Source of the DNA: Octopus sinensis
Taxonomy: Eukaryota
NCBI RefSeq assembly: GCF_006345805.1
Contig: NC_043003.1
Span: 13,950,001-14,014,000 of the forward strand
Length of the DNA: 64,000 bases
Direction: 5' to 3'
Shown here: piece by piece, positions 13,742-27,112 of the stretch
Position numbering within the stretch: the stretch's first letter is position 1
How the letters are laid out: every line of letters begins with the position of its first letter
The notes under the pieces: model-generated
The model's database searches: none
What the model was told of the DNA's origin: nothing
What the model saw: the letters and a program-made list of their open reading frames with translations, nothing else
Program-made: the position numbers and the translations under genes

Positions 13742-14317
13742 AGTATGTGTGTAGCCTGCTGGACACTTTATGTTAAGTGGAATGATTAACATAAAGAACT
13801 AGTCTTCACAAATTATATCCAGAAAAGAAAATGTATGAAAACAAGGCTCACAGTGGCAAACAATGATAGCCCCGTTTTTATTTTTATCCCAGAGAACAAT
13901 ACCAGAGACCAGTTTTAGCATTGTAAGAAAATTGACTGTTTATCTAACAGAACCTTACCTCCAATTGTATGTACGCACACACACACACACACGCCTATTA
14001 TCTTTTACTAGTTTCGGTTACAGGAAAGTGGCCATGCTGGGGCACTTTGAAAGGTTTAGTCGAATAAATCAAACTAAAGTCTGGTACATATTCTGTCGAT
14101 CACATTTTGCCCAGCCACTAAGATACGGGATGTAAACAAACCAGCACCGGTTGTCAAGTGGCAATTGGTAAGTTCTCAAGAGTGTGAAAGAAAGTGACAG
14201 ATGATTAAGAGATGGGGATAGAGGCAGACACGGTGAATGGAGGACCCAAGTGGAGACATGTTCAATGGTGAATCTCAGCTCACACAGACACACACAAATA
14301 TATATATACATACATAC

Positions 14318-14834
14318 ATGCTAGCATGGGTTGGATTGTTTGACTGGGGTCTGGGAAGCCAGGAGGCTGCACCAGGCTCCAGTCTAATCTGGCAGTGTTT
14401 CTACAGCTGGATGCCCTTCCCAACGCCAACCACTCCATAGTGTAGTGGGTGCTTTTTACGTTCCCTCGGCACAGGTGCCAGGGGAGACTGGCAACGGCCA
14501 CGATCAGTTGGTGCTTTTTATGAACCACCGGCATGGAAGCCAGCATCGGCCATGTTCGGATGGTGCTTTTTACGTTCCACCAGCATGGAAGCCAGTCATG
14601 GCGGCACTGGCATCGACCATGTTCAGATGGTGCTTTCTATGTGCCACCGGCACAGGTATCACAACTGCAATTATAATTTCCATCTGATTTATATTTTGAT
14701 GTTGATGTACTTGACTCAATAGGTCTCCTCAAACACAGCAGGTCGCCCTACAATCCAAGGTAAGCACAGCAAGCTGTCCTGCGATCCAAGGTACTTTGGA
14801 TGGGCTGGGGCTGCAATGTGCAGCTGGTGCAGGA
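14318..14834 (-). mobile_element. Long family C element with internal ~58-bp tandem repeats
   Basis: Four GGTGCTTTTTACG-type units; 5' extension shared with 30200-30688. Confidence 0.8.
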
Positions 14835-15237
14835 AACAGCCATGAACTCCTGCACCAGCTTCACAACACACACACACATATATTTACTGCAGTGAACAAT
14901 CAGAACAAACACACTGTGTATGTGTGATCAATAATGTTTACAACAACAGTGCTGCTTTTAATTCGTAATAGAATTTAATCTTAGGTATACATCAAAGTGG
15001 CATACCAGCACATGGTTCTTACACTTTGTCCCTGATTTGATTCAAGGACACGAAGATAAGTTACAAAAAATGCGAAATATTGGCATCCATTGCTTTTGAA
15101 TTGGACTGAGGGGGTGAGTTGTCTTGCTTGCCTAAGACTTTCAGGTGTTTTAACACCCAGTGCTATGAGGGAGAAAACTAGCAAACAAGCAAAATTCATA
15201 CACTGCGTATATGCAGTCGATATATTATATATATATA

Positions 15238-15890
15238 TTCTTTTACTTGTTTCAGTCATTTGACTGTGGCCATGCTGGAGCACTGCCTTTAGATGAACAA
15301 ATCGAACTCAGGACTTATTCTTTGTAAACCTAATACTTATTCTATTGGGTCTCTTTTGACAACTGCTATGTTACGGGGATGTAAACACATCGGTTGTCAT
15401 GGATGATGGGGGCACAAACACAGGCACACACACATATATACAACGGGCTTCTTTCAGTTTCTGTTGAGAAGCAAGCTTCTTACCATGCAGCCATCCCTGC
15501 ACGTATATGTGTTTATATATATATATATATATAATATATAAAGCACCATCCGCTCGTGTCCGTTGCCAGCCTCGCCTGGCCCCCGTGCCGGTAGCACGTA
15601 AAAGCACCATCCGTTCATGTCCGTTGCCAGCCTCGCCTGGCCCCCGTGTCGGTGGCACGTAAAAACACCATCCGTTCGTGGCCGTTTGCCAGCTCTGTCT
15701 GGCACCTGTGCAGGTGGCACATAAAAAGCACCCACTACACTCACAGAGTGGTTGGCGTTAGGAAGGGCATCCAGCCGTAGAAACACTGCCAAATCTGACT
15801 GGGCCTGATGAAGCCTTCCGGCTTCACAGACTCCAGTTAAACCGTCCAACCCATGCTAGCATGGAAAACGGATGCTAAATGATGATGATG

Positions 15891-15921
<31 letters not shown>

Positions 15922-16186
15922 TAGTTTATTTCATATATATATATATATATATAAAAAGGCGGCAAGCTGGCAGACACGTTAGTGCGCCGGGCGAAATGCT
16001 TAACGGTATTTCGTCTGCTGTTACGTTCTCAGTTCAAATTCCGCCGAGGTCGACTGCCTTTCATCCTTTTGGGGTCAATATTTAAAGTACCAGTTTCACA
16101 ATGGAGTCGATGTAATCAACTTAATCCTTGTGTCTGTCCTTGTTTGTCCCCTCTATGTTTAGCCCCTTGTGGGCAATAAAGAAATA
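15238..16186. mobile_element. Cluster: family A (-, 15238-15500, internally deleted), family C (+, 15541-15890), family B (+, 15956-16186)
   Basis: Homology to other copies in window. Confidence 0.8.
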
Positions 16187-17199
16187 TATATATCATCATC
16201 ATCATCATTTAACGTCCGCTTTCCGTGCTAGCATATATATATATACAGAGAGAAAGAGAGAGAGTGAGAGATACACCTGCATGTGCCCACATATACACAC
16301 TGAGGAGAGTTTGTTGCATAAGGCTTACATAATGGACTTCAGCTAGTTATGAAACATATGTAGTCTATATCCCACCTGTTCCTAATCCTGATAAATTCTG
16401 CATTACACACACACACACACACAGATATATATATATATATATATACACACATACCTATGCCAGAGAGTGCTGGCAAACCTCAACCACTAAAATAGAGATG
16501 AAAAATCATATAGTACATATTACTATTCAGGAAGAAAACAAAATTAAAAATCTACCAAGATATGGGGGCTTGGATTCACAACTACAAAACTGCGTGGTTA
16601 AAAGATAGTCCAGTACTTTAGCATTGTAGCCATCACATAATTCTCCATCTCCCATGCGTTCCTCAGCTTATTTTAGTTTCAGACATCTTGTATTACAGAG
16701 AACATCTGCACTAATTTGCATCGGTTCCAACATATTCTTTTTTTGTTTTTGGAATTATTCCAAATAAGCAAGCATCAGTTTTTAAAATAAAGAATATATA
16801 ATGTGTTGAATTAAATGTAATAACTCCAACCAATATCTGCTGCTTAGCGCAGGAGAAAATTGACAAAATTTGCTCCCATCAAACTAAGAAATTGTGTTTT
16901 GCCAAAAATCTCATGATTTTGAGTGAGAAAACGCATTATGGAAGTAAAGATCTATTATTACAGAATGTTTAAAAATAATACAAAAATAGAAGGATTTTAT
17001 GATTACCAATAGTCACTAAATAGTAAATGATAGTGTGAATAAACATAGATGCATATACACACAGCAGTTCGTTTATTGGAATATGTGTGTGTGTGAGTGC
17101 ATGTATACATTATATATTTATATGCAGACACACACACACACACATACATGTATGTATATACTCTTTTACTCGTTTCAGTCATTTGACTGTGGCCATGCT

Positions 17200-17424
17200 G
17201 GAGTCGGCAAAACTATACCAACTCTGATTACGACTCACAATATCTTTATTCTTTAATATAAACCAGTTATAACATATAGGCCTACACAAAGTACAAGCGT
17301 ATGCTTTATGAGATACGTAAACCACAATCACTTAATTACATAAAGAGGAGTCGGAATTGGAGTCGGAGGTGCCAATAGTACAGGAGTCAGAGTCAAAGTT
17401 TTCTGTTTTGACTCTGCAGCCCTG
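17200..17424. mobile_element. Degenerate DNA-transposon MITE with GGAGTC(G) subterminal repeats
   Basis: Repeated GGAGTCGG motifs; terminus GACTCTGCAGCCCTG; left end not resolved. Confidence 0.4.
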
Positions 17425-17513
17425 ATTGGAACCGTGCTGAAACAAAAACAATTGGTGCCTGGCGTAGGCTAGCCAGCTCCTGCCAAACTGTCCAACACAT
17501 GCCAGCAATGATA

Positions 17514-17561
<48 letters not shown>

Positions 17562-17735
17562 CTTGTGTGTGTTGGACGACTATGTTATTTGAGGCACTCT
17601 TTTATAGCTGGATACCCTTTCTGGTGCCAACCCCCACCTGTTTTTGTCAAGTAACGGATTTCTTATTCCACACGTTTGAAGGTAGGTAAGTGATTGTGTA
17701 ATTTGTTGATAGGAGAGAAACTGACAGCAACAACA

Positions 17736-18134
17736 GTGGAGGCGCAATGGCCCAGTGGTTAAGGCAGCAGACTCGCGGTCAGAGGATCGCAGTTTCGATT
17801 CCCAGACCGAGCGTTGTGTGTGTTTATTGAGCGAAAACACCTAAAGCTCCACAAGGCTCCAGCAGGGGATGGTGGCGACTCCTGTTGTACACTTTTGCTC
17901 CAACTTTCTCTCACTCTTTCTTCCTGTTTCTTGTCCCTGACTTCCTACGCAACCGCTGAGCCTGGATGCGCATTCATCCATCCGTCGATGCTCTCAGTGT
18001 CGGGGGTTGAGCTGCTTTCTCTTCTGCTGGTCTTACGAATAGCAAAGGACCACATTTCAGACTTCTACAGACAATCCTGAGGCGCAATCTTGCGAGCTCT
18101 GGAATGAAGACCGCTTCACTCAACAAACAAACAA
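17736..18134 (+). mobile_element. Family D SINE, full length
   Basis: tRNA-like head, (AAAC)n tail, 12-bp TSD ACAGCAACAACA at 17724-17735 and 18135-18146. Confidence 0.85.
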
Positions 18135-18347
18135 ACAGCAACAACAAAAACACTACCTGTTGTATTTTCACATGAGTGATTGTGGATTGCAGATGTAAAG
18201 CAGACTGATACACACACACATACATATATATATATATCGTTGTTGTCATCATCATAATTTAAAGTCAGTGTTCCACGCTGGCACGGGTTTGATAGTTTGA
18301 CAGGATTTGATGTGTCCAAGGACTGCATCAAGCTCCAATGTCTATTT

Positions 18348-18575
18348 TAACCCTTTAGTATTTAATCTGGCCATATCCAGCCCAGCTATTCAATCTGTTT
18401 TATGTTAAAAACCAACCAGATCCAGCCTCTCTCACTGACCCTACAATGTCGTTCTAAAAATATACAAACACACCATTGAAATCTTGAAGCTACAAGATAA
18501 TGCACGACTTACTCAAAACAATGTGAATGAATAAACAATACATTTGACAGAGTAATTTGAATGCTAATTAGTTAA
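18348..18575 (+). mobile_element. Family E TTAA MITE
   Basis: TTAACCCTTTAG...GAATGCTAATTAGTTAA. Confidence 0.75.
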
Positions 18576-18779
18576 ATGAGAAATGAAAAAAGCTTCCAAC
18601 AATTATTCTTCATTTTGCATTTCACTCATTTTTCTATTTCTGTATTACAATGCTTCAAACAAATTACAATCCTCTTCACACACATTCTTTGATTTAGAAG
18701 TTTTCTTGTAAAACTTAATATGAAGTGAATAATCCTTCAGTTTCTCATTAAGTTTTTTTTATATTTAACTTCAAATAAA

Positions 18780-19180
18780 ATGTGTGCTGGTGTTGGTGTA
18801 TATGTATGTGTGTTGCTATTTGTGTATGTGTGTTGGTACTTGTGTATATGTGTGTCTGCTTGTGTATATGTGTGTATGTATGTTGGTGTTTATGTATATG
18901 TATGTTGGTGTATAAGTATGTGTGCTGGTGTTTGTGTATATATATGTATATGTGTATATGTGTTGGTGTTTGTATATATGTATGTGTTTGTGTATATATG
19001 TGTATATGTGTTGGTGTTTGTGTATATGTGTGTGTGTGTTGGTGTTTGTATATATGTGTATGTGTGTTAGTATTTGTGTATATGTGTGTATGTGTGGTTG
19101 GTGTTTGTGTATATGTGCGTAAGTGTGATAGTGTCTTGCATATGTATGTATGTGTATTGGTGTTTGTGTACATGTATGGT
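18780..19180. repeat. TG/TA low-complexity minisatellite-like tract (TGTGTTGGTGTTTGTGTATA variants)
   Basis: Directly visible. Confidence 0.85.
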
Positions 19181-19721
19181 TTAAACAAAAAGGCTATTGT
19201 GGCTGTACATCACTCAGGTCAAGGAATAACCGATGAAAAACTGAAATACTCATGGGAAAACAAAAAAATATCGAACAACCCCTTTTTAAAAAATATACCA
19301 CCACACCACCATCATCATTTTTTGTCATTATTTTCCCATGCTGGTATAGAGTGAACAACTTAGCTTAAAGCAGATCTGCTATGGCGGGATGCTCTTCCTG
19401 TCACCAACTCTTACCTGTTTTCAAGTAAGGTAATATCCGCCCCTCCATCGTCAGAGATGTTCCCACAGAATATTCAGAATGAATAATACTGCTTTACAAC
19501 TGTCACATGATGTCAACACATGGAAACAGACAGACACAAACACACACGACAGGCTCCTTTCCGTTTCCACGTATCAAATCTATTCAAGAGCTCTATAGTA
19601 GAAGACGCTTGCCCAAGGTGCTGTGCAGTGGGACTGAACCCGAAACCACGTGGTTGGGAAGCAAAACTTTTAACCCCGCAGCCATGCACATACAATATCA
19701 TATGTTGTATACAATGATACT

Positions 19722-19952
19722 AAGGCGGTGATCTGGCAGAAACGTTAGCACGCCGGGCGAAATGCTTAGTGATAATCCGTCTGTCGCTATGTTCTGAGTT
19801 CAAATTCCACCGAGTTCGACTTTGCCTTTCATCCTTTTGGGGTCGATAAATAAAGTACCAGTTTCGCACTGGGGTCGATGTAATCGACTTAATCCCTTTG
19901 TCTGTCCTTGTTTGCCTCTCTATGTTTAGCCCCTTGTGGACAGTAAAGAAAT
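19722..19952 (+). mobile_element. Family B SINE, full length
   Basis: AAGGCGGTGATCTGGCAGAAACGTTAGC head through ...TAAAGAAATA end. Confidence 0.85.
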
Positions 19953-20051
19953 ATATATTGTATGTAACGATACAGAGAACGGGTAGGAGAGTGAGGAGAG
20001 ATGGGGGTCAGGAAGAGATAATGAGGGTGGGGAGAGCGGAGGGGGGACAAT

Positions 20052-20461
20052 GGGATCTTTTCGGTTTGAACGGCAGTTTTTTTTCTAGTGGTGTCATATG
20101 AAATTGTCACCCATAATTATGCAATCTATTGCATTTCAATCTGTTTTAGGGTTAGGGGTGGGGGGAAGGGTATCTTTTTTTCTTCACAAATGTAAATAAA
20201 CCCAATCTGTTTCTTAAACGAGGAACATATTCATACGGCACAGAATGCTTTTTACCTCAATAGACGTCATTGGTTGGTTGAAATTGCAGAAATTGAAGAA
20301 GAAAACAACAACAAATATCTTACAAACTGTAGAATTTTCTCAATAAAGCCAAGAGAAAAAGTTGTTTTATAAACACATTTATACCAGTATACGAAGTTTA
20401 AAAGAGTTTAGTTACGTGGAAGTTATTTTAAAAAAACTGCCGTTCAAACCGAAAAGATCCC
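20052..20461. mobile_element. Non-autonomous DNA transposon with ~31-bp TIRs
   Basis: GGGATCTTTTCGGTTTGAACGGCAGTTTTTT ... AAAAAACTGCCGTTCAAACCGAAAAGATCCC perfect inverted termini. Confidence 0.85.
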
Positions 20462-21470
20462 CTCTTATGTTTAGCCCCTTGTGGGCAGTAAAGAAATATA
20501 TATTGTATGTAACGATACCGAGAACGGGTAGGAGAGTGAGGAGAGATGGGGGTGAGGACGAAATGATGAGGGTGGGGAGAGCGGAGGGGGGGGGGGGTCA
20601 ATGTTTAATTTATAAATTTTAGATTTATTCTGAAAGGCAAGTCACGAATATTTGAAAATACAGTGTGGAAACCTGTCTATTTGCACCAATTATTTATATA
20701 ACAAGATAAAAATCATACAATATTAAACTTAATTAGCTTTAGACAAATTTCATCTTTCTTTTCTTTCTTTCTTTCATCTGAAGAACTATACAGCTTCCAA
20801 AAATTTGAAAGGCATCTCGTCTAGGTACCAGATTTACACTTAATCCTCTTCGTTCACTTTCTACACCCATACATATATATATACACGCGTGCACACAACA
20901 AGCATCATACCAATGTTTTAAGTGTTGGTAGTACTTTACCAATTCTTATATTCATTATTTGATCAAAAACTTACGCCGAAAATATATGAAAATCAGAGTG
21001 GAGATAGAAAGAGAGGGAAAAAAATTACAGAAATTACACACAAATGCCTGGGAATCTTTTCAAGAAACACCATTTTTTTTTTTGGTTCTTTCCATTTTAT
21101 TTTATAAAAGACGTAATTTTTTTTTTCCTTGGGAGTAAAACTACCAAAGAACTTAAATCCTGCGTTATTTTATTATAATAAAAAAAAAATATATCTAATA
21201 TTATTATTATTATTATATTATAATATGGATGCATCTTTTTGGGGAAAAAATGAAATTGTATCATTATTACTATTCATTTGAGAAAAAAAAAATAAATAAA
21301 CAAGGGGGGAAAATAAGACAAAAAGTTACAGCCAAGTGTTGTGAACATATCAAATAGCATTGATTCAACATCTGCTGTTTGTGTGTGCGTGTGTCTGTGT
21401 GTGTGTGCGCAAATCTAAATACTTATACATACATAAATAAATTCGAATATATATATATATATATATGTGT

Positions 21471-21862
21471 GTGTGGTAAGTAGCTTGCTTACGAACCACA
21501 TGGTTCCGGGTTCAGTCCCACTGCGTGGCACCTTGGGCAAGTGTCTTCTACTATAGCCTCGGGCCGACCAAAAGCATTGTGAGTGGATTTGGTAGACGGA
21601 AACTGAAAGAAGCCCGTCGTATATATGTATATATATATGCGTGTGTTTGTGTGTCTGTGTTTGTCCCCTTAGCATTGCTTGACAATTGATGCTGGTGTGT
21701 TTATGTCCCCGTTACTTAGCAGTTCGGCAAAAGAGACCGATAGAATAAGTACTGGGCTTACAAAAAGAATAAGTCCCGGGGTCGAGTTGTTCGATTAAAG
21801 GCGGTGCTCCAGCATGGCCGCAGTCAAATGACTGAAACACGTAAAAGAGAGAAAAGATAGAT

Positions 21863-21952
<90 letters not shown>
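21471..21952 (+). mobile_element. Family A SINE followed by (GATA)n
   Basis: Near-full copy 21471-21855, then GATA array. Confidence 0.85.
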
Positions 21953-21953
<1 letters not shown>

Positions 21954-22657
21954 CACATACGCGCGCGCATATACATATGTATGTATATGTATAAAGTATA
22001 TAATATATAATATATATACATAAGTGCACTGACCATCTCCGCCAGAGATTTTTAAGTCTGACACAGTGAAACGAAGAAGAGAGGAGTGGTGGGTGATGAT
22101 GATGATGATGATGGTGGTGGAGAAAAACATCAATAAACAGCTACAGTTGCTTAGAGACACTAACAGTGTTTAAAGGCCTGAAAAACAAAAAATACTGCAT
22201 TCCACAACCAAATACGAGAGAGACAGAGACAGAGAGAGGGAGGGAGGGAGGGAGTAGATGGACAGAAAGACAGATAGATAGATAGGGAGAAAGAGAGATA
22301 GGTAAGGCTGTGCTTGTTTAATGCTGTATAGCTTCATAATCAACTGACTGCTGGAGGTTTTAATTTCTTTTCTTAGTTTATATTTTTACTGTGTAGAAAG
22401 GTGTGGGGTGGAAACTAGATCATTTCATTCTTCCAGTTTTAGAAAATAAAGCAAAGGAAAACCGAAAAAAGAAGAAGAAAAAGGACTAGTGTTAAACGGT
22501 TTCTTGGCAACTAGTTATATATTATAAAATAAACCCCCCGCACTAAAGGGCTTTCTTTATTAGTGTTAGCGTATCAATACAATATAATTCGTGAAAAAAA
22601 AAAAAACACGAAAAACTGATAGGGAAGACAGAAGTGTTGGGGCGCAACATAGTTTTA

Positions 22658-23261
22658 AGGTGGCGAGCTGGCAGAAGCGTTAGCACGCCGGGCGAAATGC
22701 GTAGCCGTATTTCGTCTGCCGTTACGTTCTGAGTTCAAATTCCGCCGAGGCGCGACTTTGCCTTTCATCCTTTCGGGGTCGATAAATAAAGTACCAGTTA
22801 CACACTGGGGTCGATATAATCGACTTAACCCATTTGTCTGTCCTTGTTTGTCCTCTATGTGTTTTGCCCCGTGTGGGTAGTAAAGAAATAGGTATTTCGT
22901 CTGCCATTACGGTCTGAGTTCAAATTCCGCCGAGGCGCGACTTTGCCTTTCATCCTTTCGGGGTCGATAAATTAAGTACCAGTTACACACTGGGGTCGAT
23001 ATAATCGACTTAACCCATTTGTCTGTCCTTGTTTGTCCTCTATGTGTTTTGCCCCGTGTGGGTAGTAAAGAAATAGGTATTTCGTCTGCCATTACGGTCT
23101 GAGTTCAAATTCCGCCGAGGCGCGACTTTGCCTTTCATCCTTTCGGGGTCGATAAATTAAGTACCAGTTACGTACTGGGGTCGATGTAATCGACTTAATC
23201 CCTTTGTCTGTCCTTGTTTGTCCCCTCTATGTTTTAGCCCCTTCCGGGTAGTAAAGAAATA
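22658..23261 (+). mobile_element. Family B SINE with three tandem bodies (185-bp period)
   Basis: GTATTTCGTCTGCC recurs at 22707, 22892, 23077. Confidence 0.85.
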
Positions 23262-23274
23262 AGAAGTGTTATAT

Positions 23275-23641
23275 AGGCGCAGGAGTGGCTGTGTGGTAAG
23301 AAGCTTGCTTACCAACCACATAGTCCCGGGTTCAGTCCCACAGCATGGCACCTTGGGTAAGTGTCTTCTACTATAGCCTCGGGCCGACCAAAGCCTTGTG
23401 AGTGGATTTGGTTGACGGAAACTGAAAGAAGCCCGTCGTATATATGTATATGTATATATATGTATGTATGTGTTTGTGTGTCTGTGTTTACGTCCCCGTA
23501 GCTTAGCGGTTAGGCAAGAGAGGCCGATATTATAAGTACAAGGCTTACAAACAATAAGTCCTGGGGGTCGATTTGCTCGACTAAAGGCGGAGCTCCAGCA
23601 TGGCCGCAGTCAAATGACTGAAACAAGTAAAAGAGTAAAAG
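23275..23641 (+). mobile_element. Family A SINE, near full length
   Basis: GGCGCAGGAGTGGCTGTGTGGT A-box, GGTTCAGTCCC B-box, CORE-like CCTTGGGTAAGT, GAGTAAAA tail. Confidence 0.9.
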
Positions 23642-24129
23642 GGTGTTGATGCTAGGGACTAATAGTATAAAATTTGGGGTTTGCTTTCAACAGGGGTTGA
23701 AGATGCTTTCACTAGCCATCAGATCAGATCACCAAAGAAAATTAATGAGATAATTATATTATGCGAGTCGTAATAAGTACAAGTGTATAACCGATACTTA
23801 CTAAAAGAAAACACTTTCCGTCCAACGTTTCGGTTATATCACACAGACACAAGACATCTCGCTTATTCTCTACAGAAGGAAGGCTTTTAACCCGGATCGA
23901 CTACACTTGTGTGTGTACACACAGACACACAAGCAGGCGCACACGTGGGTATGTAAGGGGGTGAGTTCCTATATAAACACAAGGACAGTCATATACAAAC
24001 ACACAGACACATTGTTGTGTGCATATACATTGCATATCTATCTATCTATCTATCTATATATCTATCCATCCATCTGGCTGCCTGTCTATCTATCTGTCTA
24101 TCTATTTACACATACTATATTCATTTATT

Positions 24130-24512
24130 CATTTACTTGTTTCAGTCATTTGACTGCGGCCATACTGGAGCACCGCCTTTAGCCGAACAAATCGACCCCC
24201 AGGACTTGTTCTTTGTAAGCCTAGTACTTATTCTATCGGACTCCTTTTGCCGAACCGCTAATGTTACGGGGACGTAAACACACAGTTATCAAGTGATAGT
24301 GGGGCGAGGGACAAACAGACAGACGCACACACACACACACATATATGTGATAAGCTTCTTTCAGTTTCCGTCCACCAAATTCACTCACAAGGCTTTGGTT
24401 GGCTCGAGGCTATAGTAGAAGAGACTTCCACAAGGTGCCACACAGTGGGACTGAACCCAGAACTATGTGGTTGGAAAGCAAGCTTCTTATCACACAACCA
24501 CTCTTGTGCCTA
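24130..24512 (-). mobile_element. Family A SINE
   Basis: Homology to family A. Confidence 0.85.
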
Positions 24513-24944
24513 TTATATGTGTGTATGTGCATGTGTGTGCGTGTGATCAGCTTGAAAAATTAAGATATTAAGATATTCTTATTTACATGAAACCAATGGT
24601 AGCCTCAATACACAAAAAAAAAAAAAAATCATCCACCAATGTGTTGTTGAGCACTCATTCTCATTGCTCGACATTTACATATTATATATATTATTGTGTC
24701 TGGGGAGAGTCACTCTGTTTTAATGCCTATTAATTAACACACTCACCGATCCGATTTCCACTCATTTATTTATTTTTTCTTCAGTAGTCATTGATTCTGA
24801 TGGTAATGGTAGTTATTGTGGTTGTGGTGGTGGTAGTGATAGCGGTGCCAGTTGTAGTTACTGTAGTAGTAGTGGTATACACACACACACACATACAGGT
24901 ACAAAGAAGCATGCACTCATGTTCATACATTTACACACACACAC

Positions 24945-25690
24945 ATGCTTGGTTGGGTAGTAAGAGGTTTATGTCTTCAACCACATGGCTCCGAGTTCAG
25001 TCCCACTGTGTGGCACCTTAGTCAAGTGCCTAAAGCTATAACCTCAGGTGAACCAAAGCCATGCCAGAGGATTTGGCGGACAGAAATTGAAAGAAGCCTA
25101 TAGCATGTGTGTGTGTTTGTATCTGTTGCACCCCCACCCTACCACTTGATAACTGGTGTTGGTGGGTTTACGTCCATTTAAATCAGTACCAGGCTTTACC
25201 CCCCCCCCCACAAAAATGATAAATAAAATAAAAACTAAATACTGGGATTGATTCATTTGACGAAAATTTGTCAGAGCAGTGCCCCAGCATGGTCATAGCC
25301 TAATGACTAGAACAAGTACAAGATAAGATATATACATCTGCACACACGTACACAAAGGCATAAATTACATATACTTAGCAAGTATACACATATACACATA
25401 CAAACAAAATCCCACATATTTACACACACACTATACATATATTTAGATCTGAAACCATGTGAGCTAATATTTTATCTGGAGTCAAAATGGTTTCAAATTT
25501 TGGCACAATGCCGGCAATTTTGGGCAAAGGGAGAATCAATCACATTGACCTCAGTGGTCAGCTGGTGCTTAATTTTATCCACCCTTGAAAGGATGAAAGG
25601 CAAAGTCGACCTCAGCAGAATTTGAACCCAGAGAGTAAAGTAAAAACGAAATGCTGCTAAGCCTTTTGCCTGGCATCATAACAATTCTGG
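24945..25690. mobile_element. Diverged family A (+, 24945-25330) and family B (-, 25490-25690) SINEs
   Basis: Homology to other copies. Confidence 0.7.
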
Positions 25691-26117
25691 AGCCATAATA
25701 AATCCCATGAATATACACCGGTTGTTGTTTGTCTAAATTTCACTTGTAGGCCATTGAATTTCACACAATACATGTAGCATGCAGAGAATAATGGCTCTAT
25801 AACTTTCAGCACTTTCTTTGCAGACCATCAGAATATTTGGTGGTTTGGTCACTAATTTTTAAATTTTTTTTTGTCCTGCTTTATGTGTCACACACCTCTG
25901 TAAAACACATAAGCAAAAACTGGTCACCAAACCTGTCTTGATGGGCAGTCATCATCATCATCATCATCATTTAGCGTCCGCTTTCCATGCTAGCATGGGT
26001 TGGACGGTTCAACTGGGATCTGGGGAGCCCGTAACTTTAGATAAAAAAAAAAAATGAATTAGATTGTGACAATCTAACCAATCCAAGCCTGCAAGGAAAG
26101 CAAATGTTAATAATAAT

Positions 26118-27023
26118 ACCAAGAACACTCGGAGAGTACAAACCTCCGCAAAGGCAATACCAACATCATCGCGACAATTAGCCAGAGATGATTTTTAAAA
26201 TGAAAATATCTGAAATAAACTCGACTGCTCTCACAAACGAGAATACTAGAAATGAACCTGACCACTCTCAAAAATTAAGTAAAAAAAAAAACGGGAAAAT
26301 AATCCAGAATCTGTGTCCAGTACCTGATCAATTCCAATGGTAGTCATAGAATGTGAAGGTGGCTGTAGAAAATTTAGTAACAATAAATAGTTTATCCTTG
26401 TCTAATAATACAAGCCAAATTTAACAAATTCACTATTCAATATAGTTTCAAAGGCAGAGGTAATAATAATAAGTTCTACTCAGGAATAGCATGAGAATAG
26501 CACAAGACCTTTTGGTTTTCTCTTCTCTTAAATTCCAGCCTTCCTTTAGTATTCCTATATGTAAGTATACTGTAAATTGTTAATATGTATGTATATTATA
26601 TAATACATATATATTATAAAAATATGTGAGTGTTATTTAATTTCTGAACGGTTTTGCTGTTGTTTGTTTTTGTAGTTTGATTTCTTTATCCATCAGTCTC
26701 TACTAAGATAGAGACGCGAGTAAAATTAATAACAGAGAAACGAAAATAAAACTTTGGAAACAGCCTAAAGGGAGATAATTGAGAAAGACTTGAAAGTCAA
26801 CATAAGATCGTTATCATATAAAGTAAATTAAATATAACAAATATTCCAGAATCCTTGTTCGGTACTGGATCAATCCCCAAATCTAGTCAGTTCGTGCCAG
26901 TCACGAGGCCAAACATCCCTGGAAGTTTCATCCGAATCCATCCAGCGGTTCTTGAGATATCTTGTCCACGGACAAACAAACACGACTGAAAACAATACTT
27001 CTGCCTTTGCTAAGGCAGAGGTA
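26118..27023 (+). mobile_element. Non-autonomous Helentron-type (HINE/DINE-1-like) element
   Basis: 5' subterminal AACCTCCGCAAAGGC; internal direct repeat ATCCAGAATC..GTAC.GGATCAA (26302 and 26843); 3' hairpin ACTTCTGCCTT-TGCT-AAGGCAGAGGT at 26997-27022. Confidence 0.6.
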
Positions 27024-27044
27024 ATAATAATGATGATGATAATG

Positions 27045-27112
<68 letters not shown>

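Noticed and set aside
17736-17812. tRNA-like sequences at SINE heads (also ~840-912, 23275, 28213, 46977)
   Set aside because: A/B boxes are present but cloverleafs are imperfect, and each continues into a SINE body; not functional tRNA genes.
18748-19354. Long ORFs (146-192 aa) here and at 55822-56400
   Set aside because: Translations of TG/CA/GA microsatellites lacking stop codons.
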